Numbered from the stretch's first letter, positions 1 to 13,273 are shown. The stretch is DNA of 64,000 bases from an uncultured bacterium (GCA_963695095.1 CAVOFT010000001.1:2304001-2368000), one strand, 5' to 3'. Notes: a model not told the origin generated them from the letters alone. Numbers and translations: made by a program.

Positions 1-308
1 CGCAGGCTGAGGCCGGCCACCGGCTCACGCAGCCCGCCCTCCCACTCGAGGATCCCCTCGGGCAGCACCGTCAGCGCGAGCCGGCGCAGGCTCTTGCCCT
101 CGACGAGGACGAGCACCTGATCGCCGGGCCCCAGGCGGTAGCGATCCGGGTCGAGGCTCTGGTCCAGGGCCCAATCCGCGGCGGGCGCGGGCTGGGCGAG
201 CGCTGGGCTCCCGGCCCCTAGGCCGGGGGGCAGGGGCTGGGCCGCGGCCGGCCTGCCGCACAGGAAGACCATCGCCCAGAGCAGACCCGGCAGGATCCTG
301 CGCAACAT
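1..308 (-). CDS. Polysaccharide biosynthesis/export protein (Wza/Poly_export-like), 5' part; runs off the window edge
   Basis: Manual translation from ATG at 308: signal-like MLRRILPGLLWAMVFLCG, then DRYRLGPGDQVLVLV...TVLPEGIL...VAGLSL, matching the Poly_export pattern; no stop before base 1. Confidence 0.75.
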   Translation of the reverse strand, partial: MLRRILPGLLWAMVFLCGRPAAAQPLPPGLGAGSPALAQPAPAADWALDQSLDPDRYRLGPGDQVLVLVEGKSLRRLALTVLPEGILEWEGGLREPVAGLSL

Positions 309-310
309 CC

Positions 311-2992
311 TCACTCCTCTCCGGCCGCTGCCTGCGCCAGGGCCTCGCCCAGGCGCTCCAGCACCGCCGTGAATTGCTCCGGGCCGTTCAGTCCGGCCTG
401 GGCCAGGGTGGCGCTGCCGCCGCCCCGGCTGCCCAGCGCCTTGGCCACCGCTTCGGTCAGGCGACCGGCGTGCAGACCCCGCCCGAGCAGGGCATCGGGA
501 ACCAGGATGACGAAGGAGCTCTTGCCGCCGGCCTCGGCCAGCAGCACGGCGAGCGCCCCGTCGAGCTTGCCGCGCAGGGAGTCGGCCAGGCTGCGGATCT
601 CCTTGGGCTGCTCCGCGCTCAGCTCGCCGCTGAGCAGCGCGATGCCGCCGAAGACGCCCGCCGGCCTGAGCAGTTCCTCGCTGCGGGCGGCGGCCTGCGC
701 CGAGCGCAGGGCCGCCAGCTCGCGGCGCAGCTTCTGCCGCTCCTCGAGCAGCTCGCCGACGCCGGCCTCGAGCTGTTCCTCGGCGAGATGCAGCTTCTGC
801 GTCAGCGCGCCGAGCTGGCGCCGGCCGCGGCTCACGGTGCGCTGGGCGGCCAGGCCGGTCATCGCCTCGATGCGCCTCACCCCGCTGGCCACGCTGCCCT
901 CGGCCGTGATCAGGAGCTGGCCGATGGCGCCGCTGGCCGCCAGGTGCGTGCCGCCGCAAAGCTCCAGCGAAACCTCGCCGACGCTGATCACGCGCACCTC
1001 GTCGCCGTACTTCTCGCCGAAGAGGGCCATGGCGCCGCGGGCCATGGCCTCCGCCACCGGCAGCGTCTCGTGCCGCACGGGGAGGTTGGCGAGAATCCAC
1101 TCGGTCACCTGGGCTTCCACGGCCGCCAGTTCCTCGGCGTGCAGGCCGCGGTAGTGGTTGAAGTCGAAGCGGAAGCCGTCGGGTCCCACCCAGCTGCCGG
1201 CCTGCGTCGCCTCCTCGCCGATGACGCGATGGAGCGCAGCGTGGAGCAGGTGGGTGGCCGTGTGCGCCCGGGCGATCGCCTGGCGCCGGGCCCCATCCAC
1301 CCGCGCCTCCAGCGGCAGGGCGCTGAGCTCGGCGATGAAGGCCTCGCGCGTCAGCTCGGCGGGCAGCTGCACGCGGTGGCAGAGCCGGCTGCCGCGCCGG
1401 ACGACATCGAGCACCGGCAGTTCGCGGCCGCCGAGGGCGAGCAGACCGCCGTCGGCGATCTGGCCGCCGCCCGTGGCGTAGAAGGGACTCGTCTCGAGCA
1501 CCAGTTCCAGTTCCTCGGCTGCGGGCTCGGCGCTCGCGGCCCTCGTCAGCGGGCGCCACTCGAGGGCCCGCGTGCGCTCGCTCAGGCGCTCGTAGCCCGT
1601 GAAGCGCGAAGCGCCCGGGGTCGGTACGAGGGGCAGGTAGCGCCCCTCCTCGGTGCCGGGATCGGGTCCGGCAAAGGCGCTGGCGGCCTGCGATTTCTCG
1701 CGATCGGCAGCCAGGGCGGCGCGGTAGCCCGCCTCGTCGACGGCCAGGCCCTCGTCGGCGGCCATCTCGCGGGTCATCTCCCAGGGGATGCCGTAGGTGC
1801 TGTAGAGGCGAAAGACCTCCTCGCCGGGCAGCACCTTCACCCCCGCGGCCTTGACGGAATCCACGAGCTCGCGGTAGCGGCCCACGCCCTGTTCGAGCGT
1901 GCGCAGGAAGCGCTCCTCCTCTGCCTTCACCGCCAGCGCGCTGCGCTCGGCCCGCTCGCGCAGCTCCGGGTGCGCGGCGCCGAGCTCGTCGGCGACGAGG
2001 CCGAGCACGCGATAGAGCAGGGGCTCGTGCACGTCCAGCGTGCGCAGGGCCATCATCGCCCGGCGCAGCAGGCGGCGCAGCACGTAGCCGCGGCCGACAT
2101 TGGACGGCACCAGCCCTTCGCCGAGCGTGAAGGCGAGGGCCCGCGCATGATCGGCCACGCGGCGCAGGGCGACCAGGGCCTCGCCCGTCTCGGGACCCGC
2201 ATAGCCGGCGAGCTCGCGGATCCCGTCCATGAGGGGCCGGAACAGATCGGTCTCGAAGACATTCGTCTTGTCCTGGAGCATGACGCACATGCGCTCGAGC
2301 CCGGCGCCCATGTCGATGCCGCGATTGGGCAGGGGCGGCCGGCTGCCGTCCTCCTGCTGATCGAACTGCGGGAAGACCGCGTTCCAGACCTCGATGTAGC
2401 GATCGTCGCGCCCCGGACCGCCGCCGATCTCGCCGCCGGCCGCCGCGGGCCCGAGATCCCAGTAGACCTCGCTGCTGGGGCCGCAGGCGCCCGTTGTGCC
2501 GGCCGGCCCCCAGAAGTTGTCCTTGGCGCCCAGGCGCACGATGCGCGCGGCGGGGAAACCCACCCTCCGCCAGCACTCCGCGGCCTCGTCGTCCTCCTCG
2601 AACACGGAGACCCAGAGACGCTCTCCATCCACACCCAGGGTGCGCGTGAAGAACTCCCAGGCATAGGCGATGGCCTCGGCCTTGAAGTAGTCGCCGAAGC
2701 TGAAGTGCCCGAGCATCTCGAAGAAGGTGAGATGGCGCGGGCTGCGGCCCACGTTCTCCAGGTCGCTGTCCTTGCCCCCCGCCCGGAGGCACTTCTGTAT
2801 CGAGATCGCGCGGCGATAGGGCAGCTCGCCCGTCGTCGAGTAGAGCGACTTGAACTGGACCATGCCCGCGGTGGTGAACAGCAGGCTGGGATCGTCGCGG
2901 GGCACGAGGCTGGCGCTGGGCACCAGCACATGATCGCGGGCGAGGAAGAAATCCAGGTAGACCCGGCGCAGTTCGCTGTGGCTCGTTGTCAT
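311..2992 (-). CDS. alaS: Alanine--tRNA ligase
   Basis: DPSLLFTTAGMVQFK, QKCLRAGGK, HLTFFEMLG, editing-domain HTATHLLH and ELCGGTH; 893 aa. Confidence 0.98.
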   Translation of the reverse strand: MTTSHSELRRVYLDFFLARDHVLVPSASLVPRDDPSLLFTTAGMVQFKSLYSTTGELPYRRAISIQKCLRAGGKDSDLENVGRSPRHLTFFEMLGHFSFGDYFKAEAIAYAWEFFTRTLGVDGERLWVSVFEEDDEAAECWRRVGFPAARIVRLGAKDNFWGPAGTTGACGPSSEVYWDLGPAAAGGEIGGGPGRDDRYIEVWNAVFPQFDQQEDGSRPPLPNRGIDMGAGLERMCVMLQDKTNVFETDLFRPLMDGIRELAGYAGPETGEALVALRRVADHARALAFTLGEGLVPSNVGRGYVLRRLLRRAMMALRTLDVHEPLLYRVLGLVADELGAAHPELRERAERSALAVKAEEERFLRTLEQGVGRYRELVDSVKAAGVKVLPGEEVFRLYSTYGIPWEMTREMAADEGLAVDEAGYRAALAADREKSQAASAFAGPDPGTEEGRYLPLVPTPGASRFTGYERLSERTRALEWRPLTRAASAEPAAEELELVLETSPFYATGGGQIADGGLLALGGRELPVLDVVRRGSRLCHRVQLPAELTREAFIAELSALPLEARVDGARRQAIARAHTATHLLHAALHRVIGEEATQAGSWVGPDGFRFDFNHYRGLHAEELAAVEAQVTEWILANLPVRHETLPVAEAMARGAMALFGEKYGDEVRVISVGEVSLELCGGTHLAASGAIGQLLITAEGSVASGVRRIEAMTGLAAQRTVSRGRRQLGALTQKLHLAEEQLEAGVGELLEERQKLRRELAALRSAQAAARSEELLRPAGVFGGIALLSGELSAEQPKEIRSLADSLRGKLDGALAVLLAEAGGKSSFVILVPDALLGRGLHAGRLTEAVAKALGSRGGGSATLAQAGLNGPEQFTAVLERLGEALAQAAAGEE

Positions 2993-2997
2993 CGCAT

Positions 2998-3545
2998 TCA
3001 GCCGTCCTCAAGCCCGTCTAGCCAGTCAGCGTCGGAGGCCTCGCCCGCGGCGAGCTCCGCTTCGTCGTCCGGCGCCGCGGCGAGCTCGCAGGCCTCGCCG
3101 AGCCGGCGGCGCACGGCGGCGCTGAAGCCGCGGCGCGCCAGCAGATCATGCAGGCGCCGCCGGCGCCGAGCAGGTGCCAGGCCGGCCAGTGCCGGCCAGC
3201 GCCGGGCAAGCAGCGCCTCGGCCAGCTCGAGCTGTCGCTCCTGCCCGGCCCGAGCGGCGATGGCCGCTTCCCCGGCGGCGGCGGGGATCCCCCGCCGCGC
3301 CAGGCGCTCGCGCAGGCGCAGCGGACCCGAGGGATCGTGTCGATCATGCCAATCGCAGAGGCGCTCGGCGAGAGCCGCATCGTTCACCAGTCCGCGCGCG
3401 CGCAGCGCCGTCAACACGGCCTCGGCCTCCGCCGCCGGCACGCCCCAGCGGCTCAGGCGCTCGCGGATCTCCTGCTCGCTGCGATCGCGAGCGGCAAGCC
3501 AGCGAAGCACGCGCGCCAGGGCGCTGGCCGGAGCCGGTGACGGCA

Positions 3546-3546
<1 letters not shown>
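2998..3546 (-). CDS. recX: Regulatory protein RecX
   Basis: LAARDRSEQEIRERL, GLVNDAALA, GPLRLRERLARRGI, LARRGFS; directly downstream of recA. Confidence 0.92.
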
Positions 3547-4712
<1,166 letters not shown>

Positions 4713-4774
4713 GATGTTCTCTTCCGTTATGGGGTGCAGCTAGCCCCCGACCAGACGGCCCATCTTCCGGCGCG

Positions 4775-4803
4775 AAGGTATCACCGGCGGCAGGGGCCGT
4801 CAA
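4775..4803 (-). promoter_or_regulatory. Sigma70-type promoter for recA
   Basis: Minus strand TTGACG-17 nt-TACCTT with an extended -10 TG, about 60 nt upstream of recA. Confidence 0.6.
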
Positions 4804-4977
4804 ACAAGTCTTGGCAGCCCGGCGCCTGGCCGGACCGACGGTTGCTGCAGGGAAAGTGCCCGTCCGCGGCGCGCCTAGTGCTCTGCCGCTGCGGCAGATC
4901 GGCAGCGGCGGCCACGCCGGCTGACAACCGGGAGTGGCAGCGGCGCGCGCCGGCGTGAAGGGCGGCGACGCCACGCG

Positions 4978-6559
4978 CTAGGGCGCGGCCGGTCCCTCGC
5001 GGGCGATGCCGGCGGGCAGCGCCCGCGCGAAGGCGGACAGCGCCGCGACGAAGCCAGCGCTGTCCGCCGGCGCACAGGCGTAGACCGCCACCTGCGGCCG
5101 CGAGCAGACCACGTTGTGCGGAATCGTCCACGCGAGCAGGCGCGGCCAGGAGGCCGGAATCGCGGCCCCGAAGAGCTCCGGGTGGAGAATGGCCACGCGC
5201 GCGCCGCGCCGCGCGGCCTCGGCGGCGAGCAGCGCAGCGCTCGAGCCGACCCTCGCGCCGGGCGCGGGCGAAGAGCGGATCGGCCAGGCCAAGCGGGTCC
5301 ACGCAGCGCACGCGAGCGAAGTAGCTCACGGCGCCCACGTCGTCCACCACCACCGTCTCGCCGGCGTGCCGCTCCGCGAGGTAGCGCGCCATCTGGAGCT
5401 GCTGGCCATGGATGTTCGCCATCGCCAGCGGCACGCGGTTGAGGGCGACCGCGCCGCGCAGGCCCAGGGCCGCGGCGAGCAGCAGAGCCGTCACCGGCAG
5501 CAGCCGCAGACGCGGCCAGAGCGGCCAGGGTGGCCAGAGGCCCGGCAGGGTCGCGGCCACGGCCAGCGCCAGGATCACGAGCCAGCTCTCGTAGCGGAAG
5601 AACCAGCCCACGCCGCCCAGCGCGTACTGCAGCAGCAGCGCGGGGAGCAGCAAAGCCAGGGCAGCGCACTGCTCGGCGTCCAGACCCAGTGCCCTGCGGC
5701 GCCGCCAGAGGAGGGTGCCCGCCGCGATGAGCAGGATGAGGTGCAGGCTGAAGGGACTCAGGGGCTGCCGGAGCTGGCGCCAGAGCGGGAGCCCCAGCGA
5801 GCTCAGCCAGGCCAGGGGCGAGCCGAGGTCCATGCCGCGGCCCTTGACGAGGAGGGGATCCGGCAGCCAGAGCCCCCCCGCCCGCAGTGAAAAACCCGCG
5901 TAGAGTGCCAGTGGCGCCAGGCCGGCCGCCGCGAGCAGCAATGCCGCGCGCCAGCTGCGCCGGCGAAGCAGGAGAAGCGAGGCAGGAGCGATCAGGAAGA
6001 GCCCCTCGGGTCGCGCCGCCGTGAGCAGCGCGCTGAGTCCCAGCAAACCCGGGCGCAGCGCGCCGCCTGCCGCCAGCAGGGACAGCGCACTTTCCAGCCA
6101 GAGCAGGGCGATGGCCGCGTGCAGGAGATGCTCCATGCCGGCCAGCGTCAGGCTGGGCAGGGGCGCCAGAAGCACGATCGCCGCCAGCGCAGCGGCGCGC
6201 CGCTCATCGCTGCAAGCGCGCCGGGCGAGGAAGCGGTTCACAAGCGCAAGCAGCAGCACGGCAGCGAGCACGTTGAGCGCGAAGGGCAGCAGCGTGCCCC
6301 AGCCGGGCGCGGGCCGCCCCAGTGCGAGCAGCAGCACCCAGAGCGGCGAGGAGGAGACGCCGTCGAAGTGCCCCGGCGTCAAACCCCAGTCGCCGCTCGC
6401 GGCCAGCGTGCGCGCGAGCGCGAGGTGGATGTAGGGATCGTCCAGGGCATAGGCCCAGTGCCCACCCGTGCGCGCCAGGCCCAGCGCCACGAGCAGGGCC
6501 GTGAGCAGCAGGTAGAGCGCGAGCGCGACGGCGAAGGGTCGGCGCGCCACTGCCCTCAC
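4978..6559 (-). CDS. Multi-pass membrane GT-C-type glycosyltransferase-like protein; one frameshift near 5242
   Basis: DDPYIH, SSSPLW, GMEH and RPEG motifs, many TM segments, DVGAVSYF/DPLGLAD. A protein-like C-terminus continues in the 4978..5292 frame after an apparent extra G. Confidence 0.7.
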
Positions 6560-7374
6560 TTGCCGCCCGCACCCGCCGGCGGCGTGCAGCGCGGGCGCCG
6601 GCCGGCGGCCTTGGCCTGCTCGTAGAGCGGCAGGGCGTGAGGCAGGCGCGCCTCCAGCTCGGCGATGCGCGTGCCGTGCGAGGGGTGGGTGGACAGGAAC
6701 TCGATCGGCGCTCCGCCGCCTGCAGCGCTCATGTTTTGCCAGAGCTGGATGGCGGCGCGCGGATCGAAGCCGGCCTGGGCCATGGCATCCAGGCCGATCA
6801 GATCGGCCTCGCTTTCGTGGGCGCGACTGAAGGGCAGCAGCAGACCCACCTGGGTGCCGAGACCGAGCAGGCCCATCATCTGCTTGTGCTCGTTGCTGGT
6901 GGGATCGCCCACCATGACGTCGACCACGCCCAGGCCCAGCTCGGCCACCATGCCCTGCGAGACGCGCTCGTTGCCGTGGCGGGCGATGACATGGGCCACC
7001 TCGTGCCCGATCACCGCGGCGAGCTGGTCGGGCGTCGTCGCCACCTTGAGCAAGCCCGTATGGACGCCGATGCGCCCGCCGGGCAGGGCGAAGGCGTTGG
7101 CCGTGTCGTCCTTGAAGACGACCACCTCCCAGTCGGACACGCCGGTTTGATCCGCCGACACGGCGAGGACGGCCTCGGCCACGCAGCGCACGTAGGCGTT
7201 CACGGCCGGGTCCTTCTCCACGGGCACCTGCGTCTTCATGTCGGCGAAGGCCGACAGGCCCATGTCATTCATCTGGGCATCCGGCAGCAGCGTGAGCTGC
7301 CGCCGGCCCAGGGGCGAGGTCGAGCAGGCGAGGGCGGAACAGAGGGCGAGCATGGCGAGAACGCGCGTGCGCAT
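6556..7374 (-). CDS. M48 family zinc metallopeptidase, probable lipoprotein
   Basis: NAFALPGG, HEVAH, FSRAHESEAD, FLSTHPS; lipobox-like ALAC. Confidence 0.92.
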   Translation of the reverse strand: MRTRVLAMLALCSALACSTSPLGRRQLTLLPDAQMNDMGLSAFADMKTQVPVEKDPAVNAYVRCVAEAVLAVSADQTGVSDWEVVVFKDDTANAFALPGGRIGVHTGLLKVATTPDQLAAVIGHEVAHVIARHGNERVSQGMVAELGLGVVDVMVGDPTSNEHKQMMGLLGLGTQVGLLLPFSRAHESEADLIGLDAMAQAGFDPRAAIQLWQNMSAAGGGAPIEFLSTHPSHGTRIAELEARLPHALPLYEQAKAAGRRPRCTPPAGAGGK

Positions 7375-7385
7375 GGCACTACCTT

Positions 7386-7979
7386 TCACGAGACGGCGGC
7401 TGGGCCGCCGAGGGGATACGTCGCGCGGACGCGATAGGCGGGCCCGCGCGGACCGAGGATGCTCTCGACGAGCTGGAAGGTCTCCGCTCGCCAGCGGGGC
7501 GAGAGCGGCTTCAGCTCCGGAGCCGAGGCGCAGAGGGCCGCAGGCAGCGTCTCACCTTGCCGGCTGCGCGCCAAGCTGAGATGCGCCCGGAAGGGCCGCC
7601 TCTCGGCCGCGTAGCCCAAGTCGCGGCTCGCCTGCTCGCAGGCCGCCGCGAGGGCGGCCAGCGCCGGGCCGCCCTCGCTCAGGCCCAGCGCCAGCACGCG
7701 CGCCCCGCGGCCGCGCGGGAGCGTCGTCAGTTCGCCCAGGCGCAGCGCGAAGGGGGCGGCGGCGATGCCGGCGAAGCCGGCGACGAGAGCATCCAGGCGC
7801 GCGGCCTCCGTCTCGCCGAGGAAGCGCAGGGTGAGATGATAGAGGGAGGGATCCACCCACTTCAAGCGCGGACCCGCGCGGTGGCAGCTGGCGGCGACTG
7901 CCGCCGCCGCGGCGGTCGCGGCCGGATCGAGCGGCAGAGCGAGGAAGAGCCGCAGTGTGCCTGCCCTGCCCTGGCTCAT
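7386..7979 (-). CDS. thpR: RNA 2',3'-cyclic phosphodiesterase (2H family)
   Basis: RLFLAL, HLTLRFLG and FRAHLSLAR (two HxT/S motifs); follows cinA. Confidence 0.9.
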   Translation of the reverse strand: MSQGRAGTLRLFLALPLDPAATAAAAAVAASCHRAGPRLKWVDPSLYHLTLRFLGETEAARLDALVAGFAGIAAAPFALRLGELTTLPRGRGARVLALGLSEGGPALAALAAACEQASRDLGYAAERRPFRAHLSLARSRQGETLPAALCASAPELKPLSPRWRAETFQLVESILGPRGPAYRVRATYPLGGPAAVS

Positions 7980-9217
7980 GCCGGATCGTCCGCGCCGTCC
8001 ACGAGGGCGCCCCAGAGCAGGTCCAGGGCCTGCTGCACGGCGTAGTGGCGGTTGTCCTCGCGTCCCCATCCGGCCAGCCGATGCCGATGGCGGATGCCCG
8101 CCTCCCCCGCCAAGGCGATGTGCAGGGTGCCCACCGGCTTGCCCGGGCGCGCGCCGCCGGGCCCCGCGATGCCCGTGATGGCCAGCGCCCAGTCGCTGCC
8201 CAGACGCGTCCGGGCGCCGGCGGCCATCGCGCAGGCTACCGCTTCGCTGACAGCGCCTTCGGAGGCGATCAGCGCTGCCGGCAGATCCAGCAGGGCCGTC
8301 TTCGCGCGATCGGCATAGCAGAGCACCCCGCCGAGGAAGACCGCGCTCGCGCCGGGCACCCGCGTCAGGCGGGCGCCGAGCAGGCCCCCCGTGCAGCTCT
8401 CGGCGACGGCCAGGGTTTGGCCCGCCGCTGCGAGCCGCGCGACGAGCAGCGCCTCGAGGCTCTCGTTCTGCCGCGAAACCAGGTGCGGGCCCAGCCGCGC
8501 GGCCAGGGCCGCGGGATCGGGACCGCCAGTGGCGGGCAGGCGCAAGCGCTGACCCTCCAGCGAGGGGTAGAAGCCCAGGGTGGCCACGCCGGGCAGTCCT
8601 TCCAGGCGGGCCGTCAGCTGATCCTCGCCGAGGCCGGTCAGGCGCCAGTGTTCGCCGGCGGCGCCGGTCGCCGGCGGCGGCAGCACGGACTCCACGATCG
8701 CGCGATACTCGGCCGGCACGCCGGGCAGCGCGAGCAGGAAGCCGGCTCCCCGCGGGCCGAGCAACCAGAATCCCGGCGCCGTGCCGCAGGGATTCGCCAG
8801 GGCGGCCATGCCGGCGGGCAGCAGCGCTTGCCGGTGGGTGTGCGCGGTGAACTGCCGCGCGAGCTGCGTCTCGCGGGCGCGGAGCATCGCCGCCGCGGCC
8901 GGGTCTTCGCTGAGCGCAACGGCCAGGCCCGCGGCGATCTCCTCGCGGCTGCGGTCGTCCGGCGTCGGGCCGAGGCCGCCGCCCACGACGAGGCAGCCGC
9001 CCTCCTCGCGCCAGCGGCGCACCGCGGCGGCCAGCTCGCCGGGGCGATCCCCGATCATGACGATCGTATCCGGCGTCCAGCCGAGGGTGCTCAGGTGCGC
9101 GGCCAGCCAGTGGCTGTTGCCGTCGGCGACCTCGCCGCGCAGCAGCTCGTCGCCCACCGCGATCACGCGCAGCGGTCGCGCCAGGGCGGCGAGCAGGGAG
9201 GGATTCAGGCCAGCCAT
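7976..9217 (-). CDS. cinA: CinA family protein (NMN amidohydrolase/PncC fusion)
   Basis: GDELLRGE, GGLGPTPDD, GTAPG, LAVAESCTGG, GAVSE, ITGIAGPGG. Confidence 0.95.
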   Translation of the reverse strand: MAGLNPSLLAALARPLRVIAVGDELLRGEVADGNSHWLAAHLSTLGWTPDTIVMIGDRPGELAAAVRRWREEGGCLVVGGGLGPTPDDRSREEIAAGLAVALSEDPAAAAMLRARETQLARQFTAHTHRQALLPAGMAALANPCGTAPGFWLLGPRGAGFLLALPGVPAEYRAIVESVLPPPATGAAGEHWRLTGLGEDQLTARLEGLPGVATLGFYPSLEGQRLRLPATGGPDPAALAARLGPHLVSRQNESLEALLVARLAAAGQTLAVAESCTGGLLGARLTRVPGASAVFLGGVLCYADRAKTALLDLPAALIASEGAVSEAVACAMAAGARTRLGSDWALAITGIAGPGGARPGKPVGTLHIALAGEAGIRHRHRLAGWGREDNRHYAVQQALDLLWGALVDGADDPA

Positions 9218-9660
9218 GCCGCGACGAGCCGCAGGAGGACCAGGCTGTAGAGCCCGGCCAGGGCGTCGTCGGCGACGATGCCCCAGCCCGCGGGCAGACG
9301 CTCCAGCCGCCGGCCCGGCCAGATCTTGAGGATGTCGAAGAAGCGGAACAGAAAGAAGGCGGCGGTCAAGAGCCGCCAGGCGCCGGGTGCGGCGAGGTCG
9401 CAGCCCTGCAGCGCGATCAGGTAGCCCACCAGTTCGTCGAAGGTGCAGGCCGAGGGATCGCTGCCGAGGGCGCGCTCCATCCGGGTGGCCACCGGCACGG
9501 CGACGAGGAGCGAGGCCGCGAGCAGGACGGCGAGGGCCAGCGGCCCCGGCCCCCAGGCCCAGAAGAGGAGACCGAGTACCAGCGTGGTGAAGGTGGCCGG
9601 CGCCCAGGGAAAGAAGCCGGTCCAGGCCACGCTGCCGATGAAGAGAGTCGCGCGTTTCAT
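9205..9660 (-). CDS. pgpA: Phosphatidylglycerophosphatase A
   Basis: GFFPWAPAT, DPSACTFDELVG, FFLFRFFDILK, GWGIVADDALAG. Confidence 0.92.
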   Translation of the reverse strand: MKRATLFIGSVAWTGFFPWAPATFTTLVLGLLFWAWGPGPLALAVLLAASLLVAVPVATRMERALGSDPSACTFDELVGYLIALQGCDLAAPGAWRLLTAAFFLFRFFDILKIWPGRRLERLPAGWGIVADDALAGLYSLVLLRLVAAWLA

Positions 9661-10259
9661 CCCAGCTCCACGCGGCCCTCGAAGGCCCGCTGCAAGGTGG
9701 CTTCGTCCATGTACTCGAGGCTGCCGCCCACGGGCAGGCCGCGGGCGAGACGCGTCAGGCGCAAGGGCCGGCCGCGCAGGCATTCGGCCAGGTAGAGCGA
9801 GGTCGTTTCGCCCTCGACACCGCCCGAGAGCGCAAGCACGAGCTCGCGGACGGCCTCCTGCTCGATCCGTGCGAGCAGCGCCTCGACGCTGAGATCCTCG
9901 GGGTGCACGCCGTCGAGCGGACTGATCACGCCGCCCAGCACGTGATAGCGCCCCCGGTAGACGCCGCTGCGCTCGAGGCTGATCACCTCCACGGGCTGCT
10001 CCACGACACAGAGCACCCCTTCCCGGCGGCCAGGATCCGCGCAGATCCGGCACAGCTGCCCCTCCGCATAGTAACCGCAGCGCGTGCAGAAGCCGACGCG
10101 GGCGCGCGTCTCGCTGAGCAGGCCGGCCAGCTCTTCGCTGTCGGGCGCGGGAGCGTGCAGGAGATGGAGGGCGATGCGCTGCGCGCTGCGCTCGCCAATG
10201 CCCGGCAGGCGGCTCAGGCGGCCGATCAGCCGGTCGAGGAGGGGACTGCCCGTGTCCAC
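9657..10259 (-). CDS. recR: Recombination mediator RecR
   Basis: LPGIGERSAQR, C4 zinc finger, YHVLGGVISPLDG, EGETT, GLPVGGSLEYMD. Confidence 0.97.
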   Translation of the reverse strand: MDTGSPLLDRLIGRLSRLPGIGERSAQRIALHLLHAPAPDSEELAGLLSETRARVGFCTRCGYYAEGQLCRICADPGRREGVLCVVEQPVEVISLERSGVYRGRYHVLGGVISPLDGVHPEDLSVEALLARIEQEAVRELVLALSGGVEGETTSLYLAECLRGRPLRLTRLARGLPVGGSLEYMDEATLQRAFEGRVELG

Positions 10260-10270
10260 GGCCGCTCCTG

Positions 10271-10579
10271 CTAGAATCCGGGCAGGCCCAGCCCGCCCGT
10301 CAGGCCGCCCAGCTTCTCCTCGCCGGCCTCGCGCGCCGCCACCTGCGCCGCGCGGAAGGCGGCGGTGATCAGGTCCTCGAGCAGCTCGGCGTCAGCGTCT
10401 GCGAGCGCCGCCGGATCGATCTTGATGGCGAGCAGGTCCTGGGCGCCGTTCAGCGTCACCTTGACGACGCCGCCGCCGGCCTCGCCGGTGAAGGGCGTCT
10501 CGGCCAGCTCGCGCTGGGCCTCGGCCATGCGCGCTTGCATCTGCTGCGCCTGTTTCATGAGCTGGTTCATGTTCTTCAT
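10271..10579 (-). CDS. ybaB: YbaB/EbfC nucleoid-associated protein
   Basis: MKQAQQMQ, GEAGGGVVKVTLNG, DAELLEDLI; lies between dnaX and recR. Confidence 0.95.
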   Translation of the reverse strand: MKNMNQLMKQAQQMQARMAEAQRELAETPFTGEAGGGVVKVTLNGAQDLLAIKIDPAALADADAELLEDLITAAFRAAQVAAREAGEEKLGGLTGGLGLPGF

Positions 10580-10619
10580 GGTGACCACCTTGGTCGAGAG
10601 GGCGACGGCTGCGGACTCC

Positions 10620-12299
<1,680 letters not shown>

Positions 12300-12338
12300 G
12301 GGGGCTCGTCCTCCTGCTTGCCGAGTCGGCCAAAGAAA

Positions 12339-12437
12339 GGGCCAGGCGGCTCCACGGCACATCCGAGGGCTTTCGTACCGCTGCTATCTTCCGATCCTGA
12401 CGGAGTTGGAAAATTCGGATTGCGTGGGACCTGGCCC
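12339..12437 (-). ncRNA. ffs: Signal recognition particle RNA (small, 4.5S type)
   Basis: Minus strand contains TCAGGATCGGAAGATAGCAGC (domain IV motif) inside a long hairpin closed by GGGCCAGG/CCTGGCCC; canonical position upstream of dnaX. Confidence 0.92.
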
Positions 12438-12461
12438 AAGAACATGCCATCACTGATTCGG

Positions 12462-12547
12462 CGGAGAGGCAGGGATTCGAACCCTGGGAGCCCAAAGGAC
12501 TCAACGGTTTTCGAGACCGTCCCGTTCAACCGCTCCGGCACCTCTCC
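12462..12547 (-). tRNA. tRNA-Ser(CGA)
   Basis: GGAGAGG acceptor stem, anticodon arm ACGGT-CT-CGA-AA-ACCGT, long variable arm, GGTTCGAATCC. Confidence 0.96.
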
Positions 12548-12553
12548 AGCAGG

Positions 12554-12638
12554 CGGAGAGTCTGGGATTCGAACCCAGGGTACCTTTCGGTACACACGAT
12601 TTCCAGTCGTGCCGATTCGACCGCTCTCGCAACTCTCC
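12554..12638 (-). tRNA. tRNA-Ser(GGA)
   Basis: Anticodon arm CACGA-CT-GGA-AA-TCGTG, long variable arm, GGTTCGAATCC. Confidence 0.96.
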
Positions 12639-12644
12639 CCGCAC

Positions 12645-13106
12645 TCAGTCCCGGAGCTTCCGGAAAAAGCCACGCATCAGCTTGCCGGCCTCGTCGTCGA
12701 GGATGCCTCCCTGCACCTCGACGGTGTGGTTCCAGCTCGACACCGCGGGGACGTCGATGATGGAACCGCAGGCGCCGAACTTGGGATCCTTGGCCCCGAA
12801 GACAACTCGCTGGATGCGAGCCAGATGGATGGCTCCGATGCACATCGTGCAGGGTTCCAAGCTAGCATAGAGGGTGCATTCGTTCAAGCGCCAGCTTTTG
12901 AGGGTGCCGGCGGCGGCAGTGATGGCGAGCAGCTCGGCATGAGCCGTGGGGTCCTGCAGGGTCTCCACGGAGTTGTGCCCGCGCCCGACGACGATGCCCT
13001 GGTGCACGACCACCGCGCCCACAGGCACTTCCTCCTTGGCGAAGGCCGCCTGGGCTTCGTCGAGGGCCATCCACATGAAGTAGATGTCGGTCTCTAAGCG
13101 ATCCAT
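12645..13106 (-). CDS. tadA: tRNA adenosine(34) deaminase
   Basis: EVPVGAVVV, DPTAHAE, LEPCTMC, FGAKDPKFGA. Confidence 0.96.
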   Translation of the reverse strand: MDRLETDIYFMWMALDEAQAAFAKEEVPVGAVVVHQGIVVGRGHNSVETLQDPTAHAELLAITAAAGTLKSWRLNECTLYASLEPCTMCIGAIHLARIQRVVFGAKDPKFGACGSIIDVPAVSSWNHTVEVQGGILDDEAGKLMRGFFRKLRD

Positions 13107-13220
13107 GCTCACTCCCGGCCGGCGCCTCGCCCCCGGTGGCGGTCGGGGCGGGGCGAATTAGAGCGCAAGCGTCCCCACCGGGCAAGGCAATTTCCAGTCG
13201 CCGGGCCGCCGGGGGCGAGC

Positions 13221-13249
13221 AAGAAAAGGGCCCCGCGCGGGCGGGGCCT
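13221..13249 (-). terminator. Intrinsic terminator after the 13274..14287 gene pair
   Basis: GC-rich stem followed by TTTTCTT on the minus strand. Confidence 0.6.
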
Positions 13250-13273
13250 CGATTGCCGCAGCAGCACGGGCGC

